Positions 55,424 through 63,889 of a stretch of 64,000 nt of DNA are shown here, one piece after another. This DNA is from a virus. Its lineage: Duplodnaviria > Caudoviricetes. The position numbers were made by a program, and so were the translations under genes. Position 1 is the stretch's first letter; each line of letters opens with the position of its first letter. The notes under the pieces were generated by a model that searched no databases, had not been told where the DNA came from, and saw nothing but the letters and a program-made list of their open reading frames with translations. The stretch covers positions 998 to 64,997 of the IMG/VR virus record IMGVR_UViG_3300037455_000533. One strand, 5' to 3'.

Positions 55424-56135
55424 CGAGACTATCTCCATAAACATTGTCAGAAACACGTGGGTTTGGATTGTCATCAATTTGAGCACGGAGCTTCAAAACT
55501 GATTCTGGGTCGAGTTGGTTAACCATTTTATATGCTACTTCATCTTTGATAAACTCAGCACCACAATACTTCCACTCGACTACAGTCTTTTTTACAACAT
55601 TTCCAGCTTGTTCTTCGATAGCTTCAGCATTGTTCTCAATATCATCAAGAGAAACTGCGACTGGAGCAGCCTTTTCGCCTTCTGCGTTAACAAAGACTTC
55701 CTTTTCAACACGAACAAAGCGATATGCTTTGACTGTTGGGGGGAGTTCTTGTGTGTTATTAATAGCGGTAACGATAGCATTTCCGAGAACCATAACGATA
55801 TATGTTCCAGCTTCTTTACCAGCTTTCTTAGCATTCATAGGTGCAATCTTCTCAACCATATAACGGTTAGCAGTGTAAGCGTTAAGGTCGAGCATCTTTG
55901 GCTCATTACGACCAATCTTCTTGAGGTTGTGGTTCGCATCGAACTCAACTGAACCTGGTTTAATATGTGACTCGAGATATTCAGTATCTCCTACAAGTCC
56001 CATAGCACGGTTCTTTGCGGCAATCTTATTATACTCTTCTGGAGAGTAAATGTTAGCTTTGCCTTCGATTGGTTTTGCAGACTGAGCATCTTGAATGATC
56101 TCAGCTAAGACTTCGGCTTTAATGTTTCCAGCCAT
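55410..56135 (-). CDS. Hypothetical protein
   Basis: 241 aa; GAGGAGG RBS. Confidence 0.75.
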   Translation of the reverse strand: MAGNIKAEVLAEIIQDAQSAKPIEGKANIYSPEEYNKIAAKNRAMGLVGDTEYLESHIKPGSVEFDANHNLKKIGRNEPKMLDLNAYTANRYMVEKIAPMNAKKAGKEAGTYIVMVLGNAIVTAINNTQELPPTVKAYRFVRVEKEVFVNAEGEKAAPVAVSLDDIENNAEAIEEQAGNVVKKTVVEWKYCGAEFIKDEVAYKMVNQLDPESVLKLRAQIDDNPNPRVSDNVYGDSLDDIQ

Positions 56136-56198
56136 AGTTGTCAGTTCCTCCTCGGATTTTAAAGTGATATATTTATTTTATATCACAAAATTAACTGA

Positions 56199-58088
56199 CT
56201 AATTTTTTACAATTCTTCTACCGTTCTGCCAAGCAGGGGTGACAGTTTGGTCTTCGTGTTTTACAAAATGCGTAGCCCGTGAAGCAGCTTCTACTTGTAT
56301 TCCAATAACAACATTGTTAAAAGTTTGTCCAGAAGACACGCTCATACAAGCAAAGCCAGTTTCAGTAGATGCACACGTCCAGGTGTTTGATTCTGTCTGC
56401 CCAGCTATGATATTCATAAGGGGTTGATTTATACCTCTCGTCCTGAACATAACATTATTTGATGGTATAGGAGTTTTTAGACTCATAATGTATGTTGTGC
56501 CAGAATTAACTGCCATACCAGATTGCGTTGCGTCTGCAGAATAGCCGTTAATTGCAAAATCAATCCAAAATGATGATGATGCGGTACCGTTGGCAGTTAT
56601 AGTCCCATCTCCGTTGTTTGTAAAGATAACATCATTTTTATTTAAAGTAGCAACGCCACCAGATAATGCATTTTTGTATAGGTTTCTACTCCATTTTTTC
56701 TCACGAATATCAACAATATACTTCTGAGTTCCATCTGCTTTTCTGCTTACGCCGAGAATTGGGTTTGGAGAGTCACACTGGAATGTGTCGCTATATAACC
56801 AGGTGCCATCTGTAGTTAAGAGACGTGCTTTGACATAAATCTTCTGGTTACTACCGTGGTTAGGGTATTGGATAGATCCAGATAGAGTTGTAGCACCAGC
56901 TGCACTCTGTGCAAGAGCAGTTGAAGCAGTAGAATCATAACCCCAGTTAATCTCCATACGGTTATGTGCAGTACTTATAGACGAAGCTGTGATACTAAGA
57001 GTGTCTCTGGTAGCGTTCCAAGTGCAAGTCAATGTAGGTTTAGGCATAGCAGACTTAAACGAGAACTGCTTAGCTTCAGAATCGTGTACTGTACCAGAAG
57101 TTGTGTTGCCTTCAAAATACCTATCTTTAATCTCAACAATGATGTTTGCGTTCTGGGCAACGTTGAATGTACCAGATTGTGCAGTTCCAGCGTCAACCAG
57201 AGCCATATTTGCAAGATAAGCCCAGCTGCCCCAAGTACCATTTGTAGAAACGCGATATATACGAGTAACCTTAGCACCAGATGCGTTGTTTGCGGTTGTA
57301 CCAACTGCTTGGATCGTTACTGAGTTTTGAGTTGCATTTATAGGGGTCTCAGCAGTTTTGGTGATTGTAGTAACTGGTGCAGGAGGGGTCCAATACACTG
57401 TAGTCGGGTTTGAATCACTTGTGCCAACAGAAGTTTCAGCCTGGCCGCCAATCTTAAAGCTAGTACAGCCAACGATATCGAGACCACCATCTGCATTCCA
57501 CTTGTTTGAGTTTGTGAGTGCAATAGAATGGCTAGTTGTTGAATCTGTGTATGTATATCCAGCACGAGGAGAGCCCGCCCAACCAGTATAGTTAGAGTTA
57601 TAAGCCATAAGGTGCATTTTAGGATTACTTCCACCACTACCAAATGACGTAACAGTACCAGTAAGGTTGATTGTGTTCCAAGTAATAGTTCCAGCCGAGA
57701 TTGCCATACCACTAGGCGGAGATGCAATAGCAGGGAGTGACACACTTCCAGAACCAGAGCCAGACAAATATGAACCTGCATCTGATGAACCACTGATTGT
57801 GATAGTCTTCGCTGCAGAGTGAGTGACTGTTTTTGTCGTCGAACCTGCAGAAATCCAGTTATTGTTGTTGCCTGGGATAGTAAACTGGGTGTTATTACGA
57901 ACAGTAGCCGACTGGCCATCGATTGTGATTTTAGCAGTCATATTGTTGTAGGTAGAACCAGAGTACGAGTTTGTACGCCTAAAGTACATTTCTGCATAGA
58001 TAGAGTGGCCAGTAGAAGTAGCGGTTAATGTATAATCAACCTTCATCTGAATGTATGTTGAACATTGTGCTGTAAATGCTGTTGCCAT
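56199..58088 (-). CDS. Virion protein with Ig/FN3-like repeats and a carbohydrate-binding-like insert
   Basis: Thr/Ser/Gly-rich beta repeats; RNLY...NNGDGTITANGT motif. Confidence 0.6.
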   Translation of the reverse strand: MATAFTAQCSTYIQMKVDYTLTATSTGHSIYAEMYFRRTNSYSGSTYNNMTAKITIDGQSATVRNNTQFTIPGNNNNWISAGSTTKTVTHSAAKTITISGSSDAGSYLSGSGSGSVSLPAIASPPSGMAISAGTITWNTINLTGTVTSFGSGGSNPKMHLMAYNSNYTGWAGSPRAGYTYTDSTTSHSIALTNSNKWNADGGLDIVGCTSFKIGGQAETSVGTSDSNPTTVYWTPPAPVTTITKTAETPINATQNSVTIQAVGTTANNASGAKVTRIYRVSTNGTWGSWAYLANMALVDAGTAQSGTFNVAQNANIIVEIKDRYFEGNTTSGTVHDSEAKQFSFKSAMPKPTLTCTWNATRDTLSITASSISTAHNRMEINWGYDSTASTALAQSAAGATTLSGSIQYPNHGSNQKIYVKARLLTTDGTWLYSDTFQCDSPNPILGVSRKADGTQKYIVDIREKKWSRNLYKNALSGGVATLNKNDVIFTNNGDGTITANGTASSSFWIDFAINGYSADATQSGMAVNSGTTYIMSLKTPIPSNNVMFRTRGINQPLMNIIAGQTESNTWTCASTETGFACMSVSSGQTFNNVVIGIQVEAASRATHFVKHEDQTVTPAWQNGRRIVKN

Positions 58089-58114
58089 TTCTTATATTTC
58101 TCCGTTTTACCTTA

Positions 58115-60412
58115 TTATATATCTTCCTCGATAATGAAAATTACACGCTGGTTACTATTCATAATCTGTTGGTTCAAGGTAGATGATGTATCGTCGACAA
58201 ACCATTTGTTACAACGGATGATGGTAATATCTTCCTCTCCATCAGATTGCTTGAGCACAACTGGAGCATTCTCCATAGCTGTAACAACGCTTTCTATCCT
58301 TCTTGTGTCAGCATCAAGGTCGTTCCAAGTGCCTTCAAAGTAGTACCAAGCAGATCCAGCCTGTACATATCCAGCTGATGTGTTGCTTTCATTAATAATA
58401 TGGAACACAGCAAAGTTTACAGTTTCAAAGTTCGTGTCTTCTACCCAAGTTGAACCGTTATATTCATATTTCTTTGAAGTTGATGTAACAATAGCAGTGT
58501 CGCCATTCTCTACTCCAGTTGTAGGCAACTCAGCGAATGTGCCAACAAGCCAATCGTCACTCTCTTGGAAGTGCCATACTTTGTTAAGCTCTTGAGCGAT
58601 ATAGTCTTTTACTGCTTTTGATGAGATAAGACCATCTGCGTCTTCCTCAACTTCTTGGAGAATTGTAGTCCAACCAATCTCACCAACATAATATTGGTCT
58701 TCGTTACCACTATTCACAAGATCTTGCTCTTTCATAGCACAGAGTACACAAGCAACAGCGTGGTCGAAGCGTAAGATGCGTGACCAAAGAGTTGCAAGTG
58801 TAGGGTTTTCTGAGTATGGGTCACAAAGCTCTTTTGAGGTTGGGTTAGCATAAATCTTCTTATTACCAGTTTTGAGAGGCTCGATTGCCTGGCAGAGAAG
58901 GTCAACAAGGTAATTAAGGTTGTCACAGATGTAGTTGTATGGATTCTCCATAAGAGGAGTCTGGAATTCCTTAATATCGCTTTGCCAAGTACCATCTTCT
59001 GTTTCAGTGATAAGGAGAAGCTCATATGTTACAAGGTTAGGGAACAAATCGTTAACATCAAAACACTTAGTGCCAGTGAGTGTAGTGAAGTCAGACTCAT
59101 CACCCAACTCCCATTCAATATCACCTTTCATACGGTAATATGCTTTAATATTTACTGGCTGGATTTCACTCTCGAAGTTATAACAGATATGTGAGGTCAC
59201 ATAATACTGGTCTTCTTGGAATGTTGATTCGATTGTAGTAAAATCTGCACTAGCGAGATGTTGGTCTGGTGTGCTGAACTGTACAACTGGGCCAACGTAA
59301 GAACCAGCAGTAGTAGTGGTTGTCGCTCTTACCTGATAACAGGTACTTGGATCGAGACCAGTAAAGTTGATAGTTGTACTTGTCTTCGTATTTGTATTGG
59401 TGCGTGTAGTCCAAGAAGATTCGTCACACTTTTTATATTCTACCCTTGTAGCAGGAGCGTAGACAGCACCACCATTCTGTATATTGAGTTTGACTTTACC
59501 AGTAGTAGCTGATAATGCCTCTTGGCTCGTAAGGGTATTCGTAGTTAACGTCACAAAATCACAGTTAGCAGTTGCAGTTTTGCTACCGTTAGACGATATA
59601 TATTTCACCCAGTAATGCGTATTTGGCTGTAGACCAGTTACGGTTGTAGATGCACTGTAGTTTCTACTGTTTCCACTGACAGATACGCTCTTAACTAACT
59701 GTGTCATACCTGAATCTTTGTAAAATTCAAATGTGACTGTACCACCAGCGTTAGGACGGGTAGCACCGAAGTCAGTAGTAATTGACATAACTGATGTACC
59801 AGCTGCACTTCCAGGAGCACAAGACGTAGATGAAATGGTCGGCTGGTCATAAATCCAGCTTCTTGTATTTCTGAATTGGACACCGAATAGTGCATTATCT
59901 GTCCAGACGTTGGTAGCACCTTCACTGCCATACCCGACAGCGTAGTTTGATACCCAGAGCATATCTTCTGTTGACGATGTTGCACCAGGGTTAACTGTAA
60001 AAGTATAGCTTGCTACGTTAAATTGGCCAGAAAGCCTGCCAGTGGTAGGGGCTGCGTGATAATCAAACTGCTTAGCGATAGAGCCATTCCTACGGTTACG
60101 GTAAATAATGTGGCGTGTGAAGTTATCAGCACCACCGCTTCCACTTACACTAGCGTCGACAGATGTGACTACGCCAGAGAGGTGAACCGTCATACGATTG
60201 TTAGCATCATACGTCAAAGTCCAAGATGGCTTGTAGTTTGTTCTAACGTCCTGACGCTTAGAAGTATTTATCTTGTTAACAAGAGTGAGAGCAACTGCAA
60301 TATTACCTGAAGTGCCAGTCTTATCAGTCCAGCCCATCACAGGGTTAATATCGAATGGTGCGATACCACCGTGAACGTTTGCAGTGTAAGTTCTAATTTG
60401 ATAATCAGCCAT
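58115..60412 (-). CDS. Virion protein with FN3-like repeats (start at MADYQI)
   Basis: TGLQPNTHYWV and TGLDPSTCYQVR FN3 signatures. Confidence 0.65.
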   Translation of the reverse strand: MADYQIRTYTANVHGGIAPFDINPVMGWTDKTGTSGNIAVALTLVNKINTSKRQDVRTNYKPSWTLTYDANNRMTVHLSGVVTSVDASVSGSGGADNFTRHIIYRNRRNGSIAKQFDYHAAPTTGRLSGQFNVASYTFTVNPGATSSTEDMLWVSNYAVGYGSEGATNVWTDNALFGVQFRNTRSWIYDQPTISSTSCAPGSAAGTSVMSITTDFGATRPNAGGTVTFEFYKDSGMTQLVKSVSVSGNSRNYSASTTVTGLQPNTHYWVKYISSNGSKTATANCDFVTLTTNTLTSQEALSATTGKVKLNIQNGGAVYAPATRVEYKKCDESSWTTRTNTNTKTSTTINFTGLDPSTCYQVRATTTTTAGSYVGPVVQFSTPDQHLASADFTTIESTFQEDQYYVTSHICYNFESEIQPVNIKAYYRMKGDIEWELGDESDFTTLTGTKCFDVNDLFPNLVTYELLLITETEDGTWQSDIKEFQTPLMENPYNYICDNLNYLVDLLCQAIEPLKTGNKKIYANPTSKELCDPYSENPTLATLWSRILRFDHAVACVLCAMKEQDLVNSGNEDQYYVGEIGWTTILQEVEEDADGLISSKAVKDYIAQELNKVWHFQESDDWLVGTFAELPTTGVENGDTAIVTSTSKKYEYNGSTWVEDTNFETVNFAVFHIINESNTSAGYVQAGSAWYYFEGTWNDLDADTRRIESVVTAMENAPVVLKQSDGEEDITIIRCNKWFVDDTSSTLNQQIMNSNQRVIFIIEEDI

Positions 60413-61559
60413 AATATCCTCTCTCTCTTGTAAAGTGTTCAACGTAGCGTCCTTGTCCCATCTTTACACAGTCTTCTTCGTCAATATCTGGGACTACCAT
60501 ACCTACAGAAGGAACAAAGATTGTCTCTGTCTCACCTTCTACCCAATCTGAATGTGCAGTGTATCCAGATGTAAGTTCATATCTTGCTCTCCATTGCATC
60601 TTCTTTTCTGGAATAACACAGGGTAATGTAATACAAGTCTCTTCGTTTTGGGTAGCAGTTGTCGATTCAGACTCAGCAACAGACCAATCTTGGCCTTCGT
60701 ATTTATATTCAACTGTAAGGTTAACTGTAGGCTGTCCACCGAGCTCGCTTGGTTTGAAACACAAAGTTACATCATCACAGTTCTCACAGACGTTTTCGAT
60801 CTGTTCTTCACGGTCGAATTCAGGAGGACAGAGTTTAAGCACAGGGATATCGAATGACAAGCCAGCAACATAAGATTTACCAGCCATACCAATATTACAG
60901 TTCAAATTATATCCGACGCCTTGCTGCCAGTGAGCGATTACCCAGATCTTAGCTGTGTTGCCATCTGTAGGTGCAACGTGACCTAAGTTCCAACTCTGGT
61001 CAGGTATATTACGTGCAAATGTCTGCCCGTCGCTTTTGCTAAACGCTGAGCCACTTCCGCCATACCAGTCAGCCCAGAGGCCTCTAGTGCCTCCTGGCTT
61101 GTTGCCGTATCTATCTACGACACAAGATGACCCACAACTTACACCAGCTGCATACCATCCCCCAAGACATTTGTGCCATTTGCTATCATTATCAGAAGGA
61201 ACGCTCTTGCTCGTTGTAACAGCGAGAGCAATCGCACGATATGCAGGGGTAGCATTGCTAATACTTCCGTACCACGGAGCAGTATATGCTCTTGTCGAGC
61301 CATACCTATCGCCCGTACCAGATGGGATAATCCTCAAGTTACGAATAGTTACGATAACTTCACCGTTGCTGTTGACGTCAGATGTAACTGTACCAACAAT
61401 ATTAGCCCTGAATGGGTAGAATTCGCCACTACGATAGACATTTCCGCCATCCCAACACACACCATATTGGTGGGTACCGAGTAATGGTGCTTTTTCGTTT
61501 ATCATCCTCAGTGGGTAGGATTCATTGCTTCCTATGAGTACGTCACAATCTTGAGCCAT
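60405..61559 (-). CDS. Cys-rich virion protein with FN3-like C-terminus
   Basis: VCENCDD; VEYKYEGQDW...QWRARY. Confidence 0.55.
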   Translation of the reverse strand: MAQDCDVLIGSNESYPLRMINEKAPLLGTHQYGVCWDGGNVYRSGEFYPFRANIVGTVTSDVNSNGEVIVTIRNLRIIPSGTGDRYGSTRAYTAPWYGSISNATPAYRAIALAVTTSKSVPSDNDSKWHKCLGGWYAAGVSCGSSCVVDRYGNKPGGTRGLWADWYGGSGSAFSKSDGQTFARNIPDQSWNLGHVAPTDGNTAKIWVIAHWQQGVGYNLNCNIGMAGKSYVAGLSFDIPVLKLCPPEFDREEQIENVCENCDDVTLCFKPSELGGQPTVNLTVEYKYEGQDWSVAESESTTATQNEETCITLPCVIPEKKMQWRARYELTSGYTAHSDWVEGETETIFVPSVGMVVPDIDEEDCVKMGQGRYVEHFTRERGYYG

Positions 61560-61563
61560 AATC

Positions 61564-62661
61564 TTATCCTGTAATGAATGTTAGTGTTATTTTGCCAGTT
61601 GTCGCAGGAACAGCCAAAGCGTCTGCTAAAGTTGCCCTTGTAGTGATAAGATATTCTTCATTCGTCTGTGCAACAGATTGAACTGCTTTGGCATAAATTG
61701 CTTCCAGTGCTTCTACTCTGTTTTCAAGATCCGTAAGAGACGCATCTAGCACCTGCCAGGTAGGAATATTGTTTGGAACTGCAGTTTCCTCGAAGTAGTA
61801 TAGAGCTTCTCCACTGTAGTAGCCGCTGTCAATATGGGTAGTTGAGAAGTTAGGAATCTCCCCAACGCCAATTACCTCTGTTTTCTTCCACTCAGCGTCT
61901 ACAGAATCATAAGTATAGATAACATTGAATTCGTGAGCATCGTTTTCTTTAACAAGACAAGTATCGCCATCAGCCATACCAGTAATGCTGTCCAGAGGGT
62001 AGTCGCCAGTACTCTCATTCTCAGCGTAATATGTGAATGAAGGGTGTTCCTCCCATAAGTGCCATACAGAGAGGACAGCGTCACGGACAGCTTTATACAC
62101 ACCATCACTCGTAATCGGACGGCGTGAGCTTTCTGTTGGGTATGTATCAGGGTTTACCCATACTGGGTAGCCAGTCTTCTGACAACAGTTCTCAGAAGGA
62201 GTCTCGCTAGGGTCGCTCGAAGGAGCACCCATCAAGACTTGAGGGTAAGTTCCACTTCTGAGCAACGCACTCAAGAAGGAGTCATAAGTACATAGGATAC
62301 AGGTTACAGCCTGTGCATACCTGTAAATTCTACTCCACATAGATGCGAGAGTAGGGTTATCATCAGTTTCAGAACATTTTGAGAAGTCATTTGCGAAGAT
62401 TGTAATCGCATTGTTTACAAGTACCGCTTCAAGGTCTTGTCTGATATCACATAGCAGACCTTGCAAGTCTTCGCAGTTGGTATGCCCATCATTGTCGAGA
62501 CCGACGTTCTCAGCCAAGTTCGTACACTGCGTACTTGTTAACGCAGGCACCAAATCAGCAGGAGCGATTTGCTCACTTCGCTCGAGACAGTCGTTATAAT
62601 CCCCGTCAAGTACTTGCGGAGCGACCTTCGGACAATTATTTGAATTATTGTTATCTGCCAT
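61564..62661 (-). CDS. Cys-rich virion protein, paralogous to the C-terminus of 58115..60412
   Basis: NPTLASMWSRIYRYAQAVTCILC versus NPTLATLWSRILRFDHAVACVLC. Confidence 0.65.
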   Translation of the reverse strand: MADNNNSNNCPKVAPQVLDGDYNDCLERSEQIAPADLVPALTSTQCTNLAENVGLDNDGHTNCEDLQGLLCDIRQDLEAVLVNNAITIFANDFSKCSETDDNPTLASMWSRIYRYAQAVTCILCTYDSFLSALLRSGTYPQVLMGAPSSDPSETPSENCCQKTGYPVWVNPDTYPTESSRRPITSDGVYKAVRDAVLSVWHLWEEHPSFTYYAENESTGDYPLDSITGMADGDTCLVKENDAHEFNVIYTYDSVDAEWKKTEVIGVGEIPNFSTTHIDSGYYSGEALYYFEETAVPNNIPTWQVLDASLTDLENRVEALEAIYAKAVQSVAQTNEEYLITTRATLADALAVPATTGKITLTFITG

Positions 62662-62709
62662 ACCTTTACTATAGTACGGCTAATCATTTGTTTTTTTATT
62701 TTTTAATTT

Positions 62710-62928
62710 TTAATTTCCGCCAGCAAGCCAAGATAAGATTCCGAATCCCGCGAAGACCCAGAATAAGAACTGGAATAATCCGACTCCCATCCAAGCGATA
62801 AGACCCCAGATGACAAGTAGCATCAATGCGATGAGTACAATATGAACGATTGCAAGAGCTACGAGAGCACGTTGTCCGAGTCCTTTGATATCCTTTTCAC
62901 TGAATTTGAATGATCCGAACCACCACAT
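62710..62928 (-). CDS. Small integral membrane protein
   Basis: Promoter TTGACA-N17-TATAAT, AAGGAAAAAGG RBS, very hydrophobic. Confidence 0.7.
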   Translation of the reverse strand: MWWFGSFKFSEKDIKGLGQRALVALAIVHIVLIALMLLVIWGLIAWMGVGLFQFLFWVFAGFGILSWLAGGN

Positions 62929-63312
62929 TTCCTTTTTCCTTTCTTATTTATTATTACTTACATTATACTCCGTTTTATATAATTTGTCAACACTTTTTAT
63001 CGAATCTCCCAAGATATCTTCGATATGGGAGTAATTTAAGGTGATTTTTTTATTTTTTCGTCCAAATTTAGAGCCAAAAGGCCCATTAGTTTCGATATAA
63101 TAACATATACTGCTATGTTAAGCAAGGTGCCATTTCCGAACAGAATGGACCGAAATGCGACTTTTGGGCGTGTTTGTTCGGGTTTTTATGTTTGACAAGT
63201 AGTATCACAACATTTTATAATATAGATCTCTGAAAAAAAGCTGTTGGAGAATTTAGGACGAGCTGCATCCATTTACTCGGTCGGGGTGGTGGTATTAGTT
63301 ATGAGTTAATGT

Positions 63313-63633
63313 TTAAGCAAGTTTGATTGAAAAGGTGTTATCTTGTCCCTTTACAGGTTCAAGTGTTTTAATCGTGTTTGGTTCAAGGTCAAGTTTTAAG
63401 CCGTTTAATCTTACCTTGTCGCCGTTAATGGTTGAGTGCTTGCCTGTTGCCTTGCCTTTACCTAGTTTAATATAGAGTGTGTCGCCAGATACAGCATAGC
63501 ACATATAATCAAAGCCGTTCAAGTCGTCAAGGTTGAAGTGTGCCATTGTGTTTGATAATTCACAGGTGCCAGCCTTTACGGTGCGAGCGTTTGTGCGAGT
63601 GTTGAAAAGTGTTGAAAAATTGATGTTATCCAT
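63313..63633 (-). CDS. Hypothetical protein (start at MDNINF)
   Basis: GAAAGGA RBS. Confidence 0.65.
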   Translation of the reverse strand: MDNINFSTLFNTRTNARTVKAGTCELSNTMAHFNLDDLNGFDYMCYAVSGDTLYIKLGKGKATGKHSTINGDKVRLNGLKLDLEPNTIKTLEPVKGQDNTFSIKLA

Positions 63634-63734
63634 AAGAAAAAATCCTTTCATATACCACCACCGAGCCGAGTTTTTAATGTTGCGATATAACTTGCGTTAT
63701 ATCTTGAATATATCTTATAACGGAAACATAGACT

Positions 63735-63870
63735 ATACTTGCCATCATTCGTATGCTATCCCTGAAATAAGCCCCATTTTTATACCCGTTTTTTTACGCA
63801 AATCTGAACGTGGGCAAATCCTGGGTCTCGCCCGTGAACCTGTATAAGTTTTGGGGGGTGGGGGTGGGTG
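63735..63870 (+). other. Conserved boundary element, copy B
   Basis: Colinear with 6620-6752; ends in G6-T-G5-T-G3. Confidence 0.7.
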
Positions 63871-63889
63871 CGTTCGTCGGCGGGGCCGC

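Noticed and set aside
39757-62661. Diversity-generating retroelement or shufflon acting on the fibre genes
   Set aside because: No reverse transcriptase or recombinase, and no template/variable repeat pair or inverted crossover sites seen.
6620-63870. attL/attR of a prophage, or exact direct terminal repeats
   Set aside because: The copies share only short blocks, there is no integrase, and both flanks look phage-like rather than bacterial.
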